A DNA stretch of 64,000 bases from Candidatus Heimdallarchaeota archaeon (GCA_030603365.1 JAUVXV010000010.1:1-64000); one strand, 5' to 3'. Counted from the stretch's first letter, positions 47,531 to 58,264 are shown. Numbers and translations: made by a program. The notes: a model not told the origin generated them from the letters alone.

Positions 47531-47737
47531 TCAATGTGGATGCAACTTCATATTTCCTTCTTTATCGATAATTGCACCAGCATGTCTTAACGCCCAACAA
47601 GAAATAACCACTCCCACAGGCAAACTTGCGGGATGTCGAGCTGCGAATTCCATATGAACATCTAACACTGAAGGTCCTTCACCTAAACTAATGGCACCAA
47701 TTTCTAACTTATTCAAGATTTCAATAAGATTTTTCAA
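47531..47737 (-). pseudogene. Displaced duplicate 3' end of the fumarate hydratase alpha-subunit gene
   Basis: About 62 aa nearly identical to the C-terminus of 48505..49392 (ILNKLEIGA..GEGPSVLDVHMEFAARHPASLPVGVVISCWALRH..LHPH), with many synonymous nucleotide differences. Confidence 0.88.
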
Positions 47738-47743
47738 GTAAAA

Positions 47744-48412
47744 TTATTTCTTCATTCTCAAGATATTATTTCTCTTTCTATTGTAGAAGTAAGAGATTAC
47801 AAATAAAATTGGAAGAAGAACTGAAAATAAAGGAATAGCCTTGAGTTTAAAGGGATTTTCATTGAAAGAGATTTCAGAACCATTATCAGAAATTTCTAGA
47901 GATATTCTTGCTGGAGCTATTATCTCCTCATAGATACTAGCTTTCCATTCACCAATAGTAATTTCATACAGTCCTTTTGGAAGCTCTGTTATAGTAGGAT
48001 CATATATAAAAAATTGAGCAGATGCCCACGAAATAGTTTGACCAGGAGGAAAAGTTAAGGAGACACAGGCCAGAGTACAAATTTCACCTCCATTTTTAGT
48101 CTCTAAACTTTTATTCTGCAAATTGCATTTGACTGAAGAATCCCATAAACATCCATCACCAAATCCTATAATGATATCAGTTAAGTAGATGTTAGTAATA
48201 GTCAAGTCTATAGAGAACTTAAAATTGACTGAATCTTCAAACTGACCCCAAAGATGCCAAGATAAAGAAGAAGGTGTTAAACTAAGCACATTGGTCATTT
48301 CAGATTCATCAGTATTAGAAATAACAGTTTCAGACAAACTACTGATAACAAGGAAAATAGAAAATAGAGGAATAAATAACTGTCTCTTCTTCATTAGATT
48401 TCTAGTAAACAT
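47744..48412 (-). CDS. Hypothetical secreted/membrane-anchored protein
   Basis: Signal peptide, C-terminal TM helix and basic tail. Confidence 0.7.
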   Translation of the reverse strand: MFTRNLMKKRQLFIPLFSIFLVISSLSETVISNTDESEMTNVLSLTPSSLSWHLWGQFEDSVNFKFSIDLTITNIYLTDIIIGFGDGCLWDSSVKCNLQNKSLETKNGGEICTLACVSLTFPPGQTISWASAQFFIYDPTITELPKGLYEITIGEWKASIYEEIIAPARISLEISDNGSEISFNENPFKLKAIPLFSVLLPILFVISYFYNRKRNNILRMKK

Positions 48413-48504
48413 AGTAGAATAGGAATATTAAGCTTTTGTAGAAAAATAATAAGAGCTTTAGATAATGATTCGGAGTGTGAAATATACTAAAATGAGAAAA
48501 AATG

Positions 48505-49392
48505 TTAGTGGGGATGCAACTCCACATTTCCTTCTTTATCAATAGTTGCTCCAGCATGTCTTAAAGCCCAACATGAAATAACTACTCCAACAGGCAAACT
48601 CGCTGGATGTCGAGCAGCGAATTCCATATGAACATCTAAAACTGATGGTCCTTCACCTAGACCCATTGCTCCTATTTCCAGTTTGTTTAAGATACTCAAA
48701 AGTTCTTTTTCAATTGAAGCAATACTTTCATCTTCATGGTACTTAAATAATGGTCGTAAAAGAGCCTTCTTTGCTAGGTTCATACACATATCTTCTCCTC
48801 CACCAACACCCACACCAACTGTATAAGGAGGACATGCGAGCGGACCAGCAGCAGCAACTGCTTCTACAACAAATTCTTTTACACCTTTGATACCTTTACC
48901 AGGAGGAACCATTTTCATTTTACCCACATTTGATGATCCTCCACCCTTAGGCATGGCAATGATTTCACATTTATCTCCCTCTACTAAATCGAAATAAAAC
49001 CATGGAACATATCCGCGGATACCAACGTTATTATTGGTGTTTCCTTTAAACATATCAACTGCATTAGGTCTTAATGGAACCTTTTCTGTTGCTCTCTTTG
49101 TTGCTTTGATCAGAGCTGTTTTAATCTCTGATTTTAGTGGAAACTTATCTCCTACTTTCACAAAGAAAGAAACAAGCCCAGTATCTTGGCACATAGGTTT
49201 GATTTCACTTTCTGCAATTCGAACATTTTCATTAATTGCATGTAATTGTGATTTACCTAAAGCTCCTTCTGTTGTATTTTCACTTTTTATTAAAACCTCT
49301 TTAACTTCAGTTGGTAGTTCAGTAGCAGCCAATTTTAACAATCCTACAGCTGTATCTTCTATTACTTGTGCTATATCCTTCATTATCATCAC
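48505..49392 (-). CDS. Class I fumarate hydratase (or L-tartrate dehydratase) alpha subunit
   Basis: CQDTG, PLRPN, KGGGS, ACPP, GVGG and HPASLPV...CWA.R motifs. Confidence 0.9.
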   Translation of the reverse strand: MMIMKDIAQVIEDTAVGLLKLAATELPTEVKEVLIKSENTTEGALGKSQLHAINENVRIAESEIKPMCQDTGLVSFFVKVGDKFPLKSEIKTALIKATKRATEKVPLRPNAVDMFKGNTNNNVGIRGYVPWFYFDLVEGDKCEIIAMPKGGGSSNVGKMKMVPPGKGIKGVKEFVVEAVAAAGPLACPPYTVGVGVGGGEDMCMNLAKKALLRPLFKYHEDESIASIEKELLSILNKLEIGAMGLGEGPSVLDVHMEFAARHPASLPVGVVISCWALRHAGATIDKEGNVELHPH

Positions 49393-49526
49393 AATTCCTG
49401 TAAAATTTTCTCTTTATTAGCTTCAATATTCTTTTTTGATTCTTCTGTTAAATTTCCACCATGTGTGTCAATTGTTATTGTCAAAGGACCAAATTCTTCT
49501 ACTTCGTAGACCCAGAAACATTCGGT
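49389..49526 (-). pseudogene. Displaced 3' end of the fumarate hydratase beta-subunit gene
   Basis: Not in the ORF track. Manual translation TECFWVYEVEEFGPLTITIDTHGGNLTEESKKNIEANKEKILQEL* aligns with the C-terminus of 52479..53075; its stop overlaps the alpha start. Confidence 0.85.
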
Positions 49527-49635
49527 TGAATGCATGTGTTTCACAGAAATAATTTGATTTAAAATCTTGTGTTATATACTTATACTTATTTTGTAAAATC
49601 AAACGTAGTTATTGGAAGTTTAGGAGATAAATGCA

Positions 49636-52353
49636 TCAAATATCATTCCAATTTGAAACTATATAATCCCAGGTTTCTTCTAAAGCTATCTCAGGTGTGG
49701 AGTCAAGCACTTCCTTCCATATTTGAAATTGAATGTCTTCTACCAATTTATTAAATAAATTATTTTGTATAGGTAGGATAAATGTCCTATTAATCTCTTT
49801 TCTAATAGTCCACTTATCAACACCATATTTTGTTCCAAAACCTAAAAGAACTTCTCTCCAATCTCCATTACCTGTATAGTCAAATTGAACTTGTTTGTCA
49901 ACAACACGAATTCTAAACCCATTTCGAGGTTCAATAGAACTAGGTAAAAAAAACGACCAGTCATCTATTGTTTGGATATATTCTAGTATCCATGAAAAAA
50001 GAGTTGCCCAGACTTCTTTAAATTCAAATACTATTGCAAAAAGAAGTTTGATGTTAAAATCTCCTTCAGAATTTCTAAAATTATAGTTTGTTTTTAGAAA
50101 ATTTACTGGTTCTACAGGAATACCGGACTGAATAAGTCGTTTCTTCCAAGCATCAACTATCTGATTAGAGCTACTGAATTCAACTCCTCTTACATTGATT
50201 TTAAAAGGAAATTGTAAAAGCATTTTACTTAAAGATTCATTAGTTTTAAAAAATTGATTCAAATTCAATTTAACGCCAAACCAAGGTAATCTACCATTAA
50301 ACCCTACAACTTCAACTGGGGATATTGTTTTTCGATCAAAGAAAATTATAGGTTTAATTAATTTTGATTTATGATTTAGATTAAATCCATCTGGTACTTT
50401 ATAAGGTGGTTCTAAATCTCTTAATATTTTTTGTATCCAATTTGGATTATTTAAATAATGTTGCCAAATTTCTTTTTCACATTCAACATTTACACTATCA
50501 CTAACTAAGAGATCTCCAAAGAATTTAGCTTTCAATTTACTCCAACCACTAAAGAAATCAGATCCTTCTGTTATGCGATTTCTTTTGAAAATTTTTTCAA
50601 GTGAATAAGAACATTCCCAATGTTGATGAAATTTATAGGGTACTACACATTTGCTTTCGAAATTTTTGTCTAGTTTTTTAAATGTTTTTTGACCGAAATT
50701 ATTTAGGGTTTCTAGACAATGAAACATCGTCCCACAATTAAAAACTGAAAATTCTTCAATAATTTTCCTTTGGCTAAGAATCATAATTTCATAGTAGATA
50801 GTTCTTTGCATTTCATTAATCTTTTTAACTATTTCAAGTTCAGACATACCATCATGAATCAAACAAGGAGAGAGTTTATCCAGAGCTCCTTTCAAAATTG
50901 AATTCAGCATTGAATAGGTTGGGTATTTATCAGATGATTTTTTACCAGATTTTATCATGTCTTGAAGATTTGTATTAAAACAATCTAGAGATAATCTTAT
51001 TGTTCCATCTTTCGTTTTTACAAAGATTGGCAAAAATACATCTCGATGTATTTTGATTGATATAAATCTATTATTGTTATAACTTGTTCTAGTTTTTACT
51101 TTAAGTTCTATTTCTTGAACAGCTTCATCTGCAACGGTGAAATATCCGTTTTTTGTTACTAATTTATGTGCATTACCATGTTGAATTAAGGAAATTAATT
51201 GGTTTTGCTTTATAGCTCCCTTCAATATTCTATTAATTGTAATTTGAGAAAGCCCTGAATCTATCAGAACATTTCGTAAATTTCCTGATTTAATTTTTTT
51301 ATTAAAGTTGAAACCCACACCAGAAGTTGTGAATAAATATTTCTTTCTTAAAGCATCCACCAAATCATTTGCTTTCTTGAAACCAATCTTTAAATGGATA
51401 AGTTCCACATGTTTTGCTTTCAAAAATGAATCAATATCATCAAATATTTGTGTAGTAAATTTGATATTCTTACTTGTTCTAATATAGTCAAAAAAACCCC
51501 CCAAATCCTCCCCTACTTTCATTTCAACAATCTTAAGATCATACTTTGCAGATTTTCCTTTTCCAATTACTCCTAAAATAATGTCATCGAACCCATTGGA
51601 ACTGGAAAACTTACCTTTTAATCCTCTAATTAATATTTTATCTAGTTTTAATGAAACCCCATTGATATTCCAAAACCGCCGCATTTCATCTTTTTCGAAA
51701 TTTAATTTAATTTGAGCTTTTAGAAAACTCTCAGCTGTATGAGTACTTGTAATTCCTTTAACACCATATTTAGTCAATAGTACTCTTACATATGAATCAG
51801 ATTCTGAAGGTTCAAGAGGTGTCGAAAATTGTTTCAGATCTAGAGAATCAGAGGTTCTTTGATACTTTTGACAATTTCCATTTTTTGAATCATTATAATC
51901 CTTCAAAAAATGAATTCCAAGCTCATTTACATTTCTTTCTCCATATTGATTTAAAGGACCAAAAACCTTGTTGAGGTTTTCAGAATCATTAATGAGAGAA
52001 TTTACCCAATTATCGTAATTACTTTCTGGTTTTCCATGTAGATCGTTTATATCATTCCTAAGACGATTTGAATATTCAATACTCTCATTTAGGTGTGAAA
52101 TTAGAATCTTCTTAAACTGATTTTCGTTCTCCGTCAGATTATTTTGTATAACAAATCTACTCCTTACAAAATTTGAATTATCTTGTTTCATAGTTTCCAT
52201 ACTGAAATCCAAACTATCTTTATTTTGAGCAATTAACTTTGTTATTTGTTTTTTTATTTGCTTAATTGTTTTTAATTCATCTTCTATTTTCTTAAACAAA
52301 TTATCAGATTCTAGCTGTTTGTGAGCTTTGTTTTCATTTATTCTTGTATTCAT
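49636..52353 (-). CDS. Large hypothetical protein (905 aa) with N-terminal coiled coil and a possible PD-(D/E)xK nuclease motif
   Basis: Very AT-rich, K/N/I/F-rich; GFDDII...KIVEMK motif. Confidence 0.6.
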   Translation of the reverse strand: MNTRINENKAHKQLESDNLFKKIEDELKTIKQIKKQITKLIAQNKDSLDFSMETMKQDNSNFVRSRFVIQNNLTENENQFKKILISHLNESIEYSNRLRNDINDLHGKPESNYDNWVNSLINDSENLNKVFGPLNQYGERNVNELGIHFLKDYNDSKNGNCQKYQRTSDSLDLKQFSTPLEPSESDSYVRVLLTKYGVKGITSTHTAESFLKAQIKLNFEKDEMRRFWNINGVSLKLDKILIRGLKGKFSSSNGFDDIILGVIGKGKSAKYDLKIVEMKVGEDLGGFFDYIRTSKNIKFTTQIFDDIDSFLKAKHVELIHLKIGFKKANDLVDALRKKYLFTTSGVGFNFNKKIKSGNLRNVLIDSGLSQITINRILKGAIKQNQLISLIQHGNAHKLVTKNGYFTVADEAVQEIELKVKTRTSYNNNRFISIKIHRDVFLPIFVKTKDGTIRLSLDCFNTNLQDMIKSGKKSSDKYPTYSMLNSILKGALDKLSPCLIHDGMSELEIVKKINEMQRTIYYEIMILSQRKIIEEFSVFNCGTMFHCLETLNNFGQKTFKKLDKNFESKCVVPYKFHQHWECSYSLEKIFKRNRITEGSDFFSGWSKLKAKFFGDLLVSDSVNVECEKEIWQHYLNNPNWIQKILRDLEPPYKVPDGFNLNHKSKLIKPIIFFDRKTISPVEVVGFNGRLPWFGVKLNLNQFFKTNESLSKMLLQFPFKINVRGVEFSSSNQIVDAWKKRLIQSGIPVEPVNFLKTNYNFRNSEGDFNIKLLFAIVFEFKEVWATLFSWILEYIQTIDDWSFFLPSSIEPRNGFRIRVVDKQVQFDYTGNGDWREVLLGFGTKYGVDKWTIRKEINRTFILPIQNNLFNKLVEDIQFQIWKEVLDSTPEIALEETWDYIVSNWNDI

Positions 52354-52478
52354 GATGATAACTTCATATTATAATGCTAAAAATGATTTAAAAACTCATG
52401 AAAAAACATATAACTAAGTAAAAGTGGAAAAAGGGGTTAAGATTTAGAAATCTTAGTGAAAAAACCAAAATTATTTTT

Positions 52479-53075
52479 TTACAAGTTTTGTATAATTTTA
52501 TTTTTGTTCTCTTCTATCTTCTTTTTGCTTTTTTCAGTCATATTACCACCATGGGTATCAATTGTTATAGTTAAAGGACCAAAGTTTTCTACATCGAAGA
52601 GCCAAAGCGATTCGGGCATTCCCAACTCCTCAAACCAAAAAACGTCCTTGACTTTCTTTATTCTATTTGCTGCGAGTAGTGCAGCACCTCCTGTAAAGTA
52701 ACCATAAATGCATGTTTCCTCTTGGCATGCTTTTGTAGTTCTTTCTCCCATACCACCTTTACCTATGATGATACCTGGCTGGAAAACTCTAATGAATTCA
52801 TCTTGGAAAATTTCCATTCTTGCTGAAGTTGTTGGTCCTGCTGCAACAACAATCCATTCACCTTCTTCATTCTTCTTCATGACTGGACCGCAGTGGAAAA
52901 GACCAATCCCTTTGAAATCTACGGGAGGTTTTTCTCCTTTTTTATGCAGTTCCAATGCTTTTAGATGAGCCTCATCCCGAGCAGTTACAACCGTCCCTGT
53001 GAGATACACAATATCCCCAATAGATATTTTCTTCAAATCTTCTGGGGGAATTGGAGTAGTCAAATGATATTCCAT
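52479..53075 (-). CDS. Class I fumarate hydratase (or tartrate dehydratase) beta subunit
   Basis: TARDEAH, HCGP, GPTTSARM, IGKGGM and LGMPE motifs. Confidence 0.9.
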   Translation of the reverse strand: MEYHLTTPIPPEDLKKISIGDIVYLTGTVVTARDEAHLKALELHKKGEKPPVDFKGIGLFHCGPVMKKNEEGEWIVVAAGPTTSARMEIFQDEFIRVFQPGIIIGKGGMGERTTKACQEETCIYGYFTGGAALLAANRIKKVKDVFWFEELGMPESLWLFDVENFGPLTITIDTHGGNMTEKSKKKIEENKNKIIQNL

Positions 53076-53200
53076 GAGTTTCGAGCTAACATAAATTATT
53101 TAATCTTTCGAAGGGGACTTATCGAATAGCTGAATAAACTAGTGCTAGTCAAAATTTTAAATAAGCGATAAAGATATACTATAAGATAAAGTGAGATTCA

Positions 53201-53971
53201 ATGACAACCATTTCTGACTTATTAGAAGAAGTTGCTCAGCTAGTTGTTGACGCTAATTCTATAGTTATCTTTACTGGTGCTGGAATAAGTACTCCAAGTG
53301 GCATTCCTGATTTTCGCTCTCCAGGAGGATTATGGGAAAAATATGACCCATTTGAGGTTTCATCAATGAGAGCGTTCAAGAAAGAGCCAGAAAAGGTTTG
53401 GGAATTTTTCAGAGATTTATATCAACAATTTGAGGATCCTCAGCCAAATCCTGCACATTTTGCAGTTACAGACATTCAAAAATTAAAGGGGAGTGATCAT
53501 GTTCATATTGTCACACAGAATATTGATGGACTTCACACAAAATCAGGAGCGAAAAATGTTTTTGAAATTCATGGAAATGCTGAAAAAATGCATTGCTACA
53601 AATGTGCTTTTGAGGAAGATTTGGATGTAGAAAAGCATCTTAATACTCACCCATACCCCAAATGTCCAAATTGTGAAAAACCACTCAAACCAAAAGTTGT
53701 GCTATTTGAAGAATTGTTAGATAATAATTTATTCCAAAGAGCATTAAGATTAGCAGTGAAGAGTGATTTAGCTATAGGTGTAGGCACAAGTCTAGGTGTT
53801 TTTCCTGCAGCAGATATTCTTTTGAGACCTCCTCCAAAAACAAAGAAAGTAATTTTTAATCTCACACCAACCTACTATGATCATTTAATACATTATAGAG
53901 TCAGAGGAGATATTGTAGATACTCTACCTGAATTGGTTAAAGAAGTTAAGAAAAAAATGAGTGACGAATAA
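53201..53971 (+). CDS. cobB: NAD-dependent protein deacylase (Sir2 family)
   Basis: TGAGIS..SGIPDFR, TQNIDGLH, HG, CxxC..CxxC and GTSL.V.PA motifs. Confidence 0.92.
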   Translation: MTTISDLLEEVAQLVVDANSIVIFTGAGISTPSGIPDFRSPGGLWEKYDPFEVSSMRAFKKEPEKVWEFFRDLYQQFEDPQPNPAHFAVTDIQKLKGSDHVHIVTQNIDGLHTKSGAKNVFEIHGNAEKMHCYKCAFEEDLDVEKHLNTHPYPKCPNCEKPLKPKVVLFEELLDNNLFQRALRLAVKSDLAIGVGTSLGVFPAADILLRPPPKTKKVIFNLTPTYYDHLIHYRVRGDIVDTLPELVKEVKKKMSDE

Positions 53972-54054
53972 ATAGCAGTTTTTGAAGAAGATTACTACTT
54001 CCAGAAAGTTTAAAGTATTAAGTCCGTTAATTAATAGACATAAGGTAGATTTGA

Positions 54055-55059
54055 ATGTCATTTGATAAAGATCCTGAAGAATTCAAGAAAGAAGTACAAG
54101 AAGAAAGTACTTTTCAAAAAGAACTGCTTGATGCTGTAGAAGACCAAGCAGAGGAAATTGAGGAAGAAGAGGTCCGCTACAAACAGGAAGCCGTTAGGGA
54201 AGAAAAACCAAAGAAAAAGGAAATAGAAACTAGACCTACTCCAGCTCCTGTTGCAAAACCAGTAGATGAGAAGAAAAAGAAAAAGGAACCAAGAGTAGTA
54301 TATACTCATATAGATGTTGATCTATGGAGAACTAAATTACATAAAGAAGAATGGGGAATCAGAAAAGATGCTCAAAGAGCTCAGAAAGATAGACAGTGGA
54401 CAAGAGATATGGATCAACTTGGAACTGTAAAGATTGATGGAGAAGACTACGGGCTTCTAGCTATACGAGAGAAATCTTGGAAAGAAAAAGATCCTCTTGA
54501 AAGAAGATTTGTCATGAAAATGTTCTCTCCAAGTGGTTATTGGAGAGCTAGTATTGAAAGATTACAGGGAGAAAGTTTTGCTAATTCACTAGCAACAAAG
54601 GAACCTTCACCAGCTTATGTTTGTATTTTTAAACACACTCGAAATCTATTCCGAATTCGAAGATTAGCTCATTTCCCACGTTTCCAAGGTCAAATATTTG
54701 GTTTCAGTTATTTGGATGAAACTGATGTTTTTCATTCCTTTGTTATTGATGATAAACGATTACGTTTAGGTTCTGACTGGGTTGTAAAAGATATACATAA
54801 TAAAGTCATAGCTAAAATAAATGGTAAATTCATGAACATCGGTGGTAGATTCAAAATTGATATCTTCAACCAAAAATTGGCTAAAGACAAGACTTTCTTT
54901 AACACTCTAATCTTATTCAGTACTACACTTAGGTTCTATAGAGACATAAAGAAAAACATAAAGAAGGCACTTAAAGAGCTTAAAACTTCTGATGCAGAGG
55001 TTAAACTTGACGATAGTGAAACAAATCTTTACCTCAACCCTAGAAAGCTATCAATATAG
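54055..55059 (+). CDS. Hypothetical protein; acidic low-complexity N-terminus, possible LURP-one/tubby-like C-terminal domain
   Basis: W.VKD....IAKI.GK......F.I.I followed by a hydrophobic helix (weak). Confidence 0.5.
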   Translation: MSFDKDPEEFKKEVQEESTFQKELLDAVEDQAEEIEEEEVRYKQEAVREEKPKKKEIETRPTPAPVAKPVDEKKKKKEPRVVYTHIDVDLWRTKLHKEEWGIRKDAQRAQKDRQWTRDMDQLGTVKIDGEDYGLLAIREKSWKEKDPLERRFVMKMFSPSGYWRASIERLQGESFANSLATKEPSPAYVCIFKHTRNLFRIRRLAHFPRFQGQIFGFSYLDETDVFHSFVIDDKRLRLGSDWVVKDIHNKVIAKINGKFMNIGGRFKIDIFNQKLAKDKTFFNTLILFSTTLRFYRDIKKNIKKALKELKTSDAEVKLDDSETNLYLNPRKLSI

Positions 55060-55103
55060 CTTTACTAGTTTCTCTTTATTTTTTCTTATTTCTCTAATAA
55101 ACA

Positions 55104-56552
55104 GTGTTTTTATACCTAAATAACATATTTTCTAAAGAAGGAAGGCTCATGTCTATTGAAGTCAATATTCGTTTTAAATTAGCTTTTGATCTTATTCTTG
55201 AAGCTAGTGGAAGGATTGAAGACAAGGAATTGTTAAAATTTCTAAAAGAGAATCCAAAAAAGGAAAATGAATATCGTGCTTCTCCTCATAATTATCAGCT
55301 GATTCAGCGAATAATGAAAACTAAAAAATATATTGTTAATTCTTTTATTCTGGAGGATACAGATTTATCCGAAAATTATCTCAAGAGAATAGGAGTCAAA
55401 TTAGCATTAAGAGATTATCAGATAAAAGCTTTGGATGAATTTACAGATAATGATGGAATGGGCATAGTAATTCTTCCAACGGCAGCAGGTAAAACAATAA
55501 TAGGTTTGAAAGCGATCGAACGCTTAAAACAGAAAACAGTGATAGTTGTTCCTACAAAGAATCTTCTCTATCAATGGGTAGAACATTTAACAAAATATAC
55601 ATCTCTTACAAGAGATTTGATTGGACAACTTGGTGATCAAGTTCGAGATATAAAAGAGATAACAGTTACAACCTATGATAGTGCAAGATTGAACATCAAT
55701 GAATTGAGAAAACACTTTAATTTTATAATATTCGATGAAGCACATCATGCAGGAGCCAAGGAGACTCTTAAGGTATTAGAAGGTCTACCCTCAGCTTATA
55801 GACTGGGCTTAACAGCTACTCCAGATAGGTCAGATAAAGCTGAAGAAATTTTATTCGAACTAATTGGTAAACCCATAAAGGTAGCTAGAGTCACAGATCT
55901 AGCAGAAAATGGATATATTGCAAAATATCAGCATAAAGCCATCAAAGTTCAATTGGATCAGGACGAGAGAGAATTATATAATGATTATATGAAAACATAC
56001 AGAGGATATCTAAAAAGTAGGAACATTCAGATTCGTACGCCTGAAGATTATGAAAAATATTTAATTTTTCGAGTTAATCAAGATTTTAAGGCTAAGGAAG
56101 CTTTAGATTCTCACAGAAAAGCAAGAACTCTGGTTTTCTCATCCAAAGCAAAACTAAGAAAAGTTGAAGATTTATTAATCCAACATAAAAACGACCAGAT
56201 AATCATTTTTTCTGAGTTTAACGATATGGTTTATGATATTAGTAGAAGGCATTTGATTCCTGCAATTACTCATGAAACTAAAAGCAATGAACGCGAGGAT
56301 ATTCTGCAGAGGTTCAACCAAGGAGAATATTCCAAAATAGTTACAGGAAGAGTTCTAGACGAAGGGTGGGATTGTGGTAACGTTAATGTTGGTATAATTG
56401 TTAGCGGTACTGGGCAAGCAAGACAATTCATCCAAAGACTAGGAAGAATTTTACGACCTAAAGAAGGCGAGGCTCTACTCTATGAATTAATTACTCCTGA
56501 GTCTTTAGAAACTGGTACTGCTAGAAGAAGGAAAGATAGTGATGTGATTTAA
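55104..56552 (+). CDS. xpb: XPB/Rad25-like superfamily II helicase
   Basis: LRDYQ, LPTAAGKT, DEAHH, LGLTATP, LDEG.D and QRLGRILR motifs; coupled to the DUF790 gene. The start is likely ATG 55149. Confidence 0.85.
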   Translation: MFLYLNNIFSKEGRLMSIEVNIRFKLAFDLILEASGRIEDKELLKFLKENPKKENEYRASPHNYQLIQRIMKTKKYIVNSFILEDTDLSENYLKRIGVKLALRDYQIKALDEFTDNDGMGIVILPTAAGKTIIGLKAIERLKQKTVIVVPTKNLLYQWVEHLTKYTSLTRDLIGQLGDQVRDIKEITVTTYDSARLNINELRKHFNFIIFDEAHHAGAKETLKVLEGLPSAYRLGLTATPDRSDKAEEILFELIGKPIKVARVTDLAENGYIAKYQHKAIKVQLDQDERELYNDYMKTYRGYLKSRNIQIRTPEDYEKYLIFRVNQDFKAKEALDSHRKARTLVFSSKAKLRKVEDLLIQHKNDQIIIFSEFNDMVYDISRRHLIPAITHETKSNEREDILQRFNQGEYSKIVTGRVLDEGWDCGNVNVGIIVSGTGQARQFIQRLGRILRPKEGEALLYELITPESLETGTARRRKDSDVI

Positions 56553-58264
56553 TGAGAATAGCATTAGCAGAATTTGAATTTGACATCAAAGGTTCAGGAA
56601 ATAAAGCTACCTTTCACCCTCTATTTCTCAATCCTACAGAAAAAAACAAAGTACAGGCATTTATTCAGTTCCTCAATAATAGTCTGGGGTCTAAAAAAGC
56701 AGACATTAATTTTGAGATTCTAGATGATTTATTTACATCATATAAAATTATTAGATCTCTACAAGTTTCATCTTTGAGATTCTTTTCATTAAATTCACAA
56801 ACCTTTAGTGATATTCTGCAAGAGGGTAAGTCTTCAACTAAAGGTTCAAGCGATATCATTTCGTTCATATCTGAAAAAACCTCTTCAAATTTAGATATTC
56901 TAAGAATGGAGGTTGTTCAGTTTAGAAATAAAATCTTTGATTACTTGAATAAGAACAATAAGGGGTTTGTTAGTTTATCTGAGAGAGAAGAACATGTCAC
57001 TAAACTAGAAAGTGAATTTGGTTTACCTGCTAAATCACTTGATACATTGATGTATATTGATCTTGATTCAGAGAAAGTTTTAACCAAAAGTGATGAGGTT
57101 GACCCTGTTCAACTTATTCGGTTCTATAATTATGATATTGTTGATACTACTCTGTCTTTCTCAATCGATTTACAAATGAGGTTAAAGAGTCTTCCCGGTT
57201 ATTTAGCGAAGAAACTTGTTTATTTTTCAAAGAAAAATTATGTTTTTAGTGATATCGTTTTAGAAGAGGAAGGTTACAGAATTACAATTGAACCGCCATT
57301 GGAAATGTTTAGAGAGAAAGGTGGGTGGGGGAGGAATATTGCAAACGTCGCAACCTACATCCTGAGAGTTTTATTACGAGAAGAAATCCCATTTCAACTT
57401 AATGCAATAGTCGAACCCAGAAACAGAAAATCTCTGTTTAAATTGGATTCTCAGGAACTACCAATTTTACCATCTTTTAGAACAGAGGAAGAGGATATGG
57501 TTTTCAGACCCGCGATAGATTCAAAGGTAGAAGATCAATTCTTAAAATCCTGGAGAAATTACCATGGATGGAAAGCGATACCTGAACCAGAAGCAATTAT
57601 TGTAGGTAAGAAAATGTATGTTCCAGACTTCCTTCTTGAAAGAGGAGATAAAACCATCTTTTTGGAAATTGTCGGATTTTATACATCAAAATATATTCAA
57701 AAGAAAAAGAATCAAATGTCTGAATTAGATAAATTGGGAGTGTCTATTATCTATCTTATTGATGAGAACCTACAAACTCATTTTGCAAATCTTCGGAATA
57801 ATAAAATACTCTATTATTCAGGAACTAAAATTCCAAACCAGGATCTTATTAGATTGCTTGATAAGGATTATTCTGATTTTGAGGAAAGATTACCGAAATT
57901 CCAAGAAACATTGATTCGAGTATGTAAGAATATAGCAGAAAATGGATCTCTTTTAACATTACAAGAATTGAATGGTGAATTACAAACTTATTCTGATAGT
58001 GAAACTGAGAGACTCATGGCATCCGAAAATGTTATTGATATTTTACAAAATCATCAAGTTGTTATGCTTCCAAGTTTTGGTCTAGTAAGTGATGTAATAG
58101 TACAAAAAGTGAAGGATTACATGATTAAAACAAAGAAAATATCCTTGTCCTCGCTAAAAGAAGTATATCCTAAATACAAGGATGCATTAATTGCTATATG
58201 TCAACACATAGGTTGCTCTGTTAAATGGAAATCGATAGATAAAGTAGAGATATCTATGAAATAA
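56552..58264 (+). CDS. bax1: DUF790/Bax1-family endonuclease
   Basis: LIRFYN, DSKVE..F, W....EPE and PDF.....FLEIVGF motifs; overlaps the xpb stop. Confidence 0.78.
   Translation: MRIALAEFEFDIKGSGNKATFHPLFLNPTEKNKVQAFIQFLNNSLGSKKADINFEILDDLFTSYKIIRSLQVSSLRFFSLNSQTFSDILQEGKSSTKGSSDIISFISEKTSSNLDILRMEVVQFRNKIFDYLNKNNKGFVSLSEREEHVTKLESEFGLPAKSLDTLMYIDLDSEKVLTKSDEVDPVQLIRFYNYDIVDTTLSFSIDLQMRLKSLPGYLAKKLVYFSKKNYVFSDIVLEEEGYRITIEPPLEMFREKGGWGRNIANVATYILRVLLREEIPFQLNAIVEPRNRKSLFKLDSQELPILPSFRTEEEDMVFRPAIDSKVEDQFLKSWRNYHGWKAIPEPEAIIVGKKMYVPDFLLERGDKTIFLEIVGFYTSKYIQKKKNQMSELDKLGVSIIYLIDENLQTHFANLRNNKILYYSGTKIPNQDLIRLLDKDYSDFEERLPKFQETLIRVCKNIAENGSLLTLQELNGELQTYSDSETERLMASENVIDILQNHQVVMLPSFGLVSDVIVQKVKDYMIKTKKISLSSLKEVYPKYKDALIAICQHIGCSVKWKSIDKVEISMK

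Noticed and set aside
47531-47737. Independent 68-aa gene
   Set aside because: It has a TTG start and corresponds only to the C-terminal fragment of the neighbouring alpha subunit, so it is treated as a displaced gene end.
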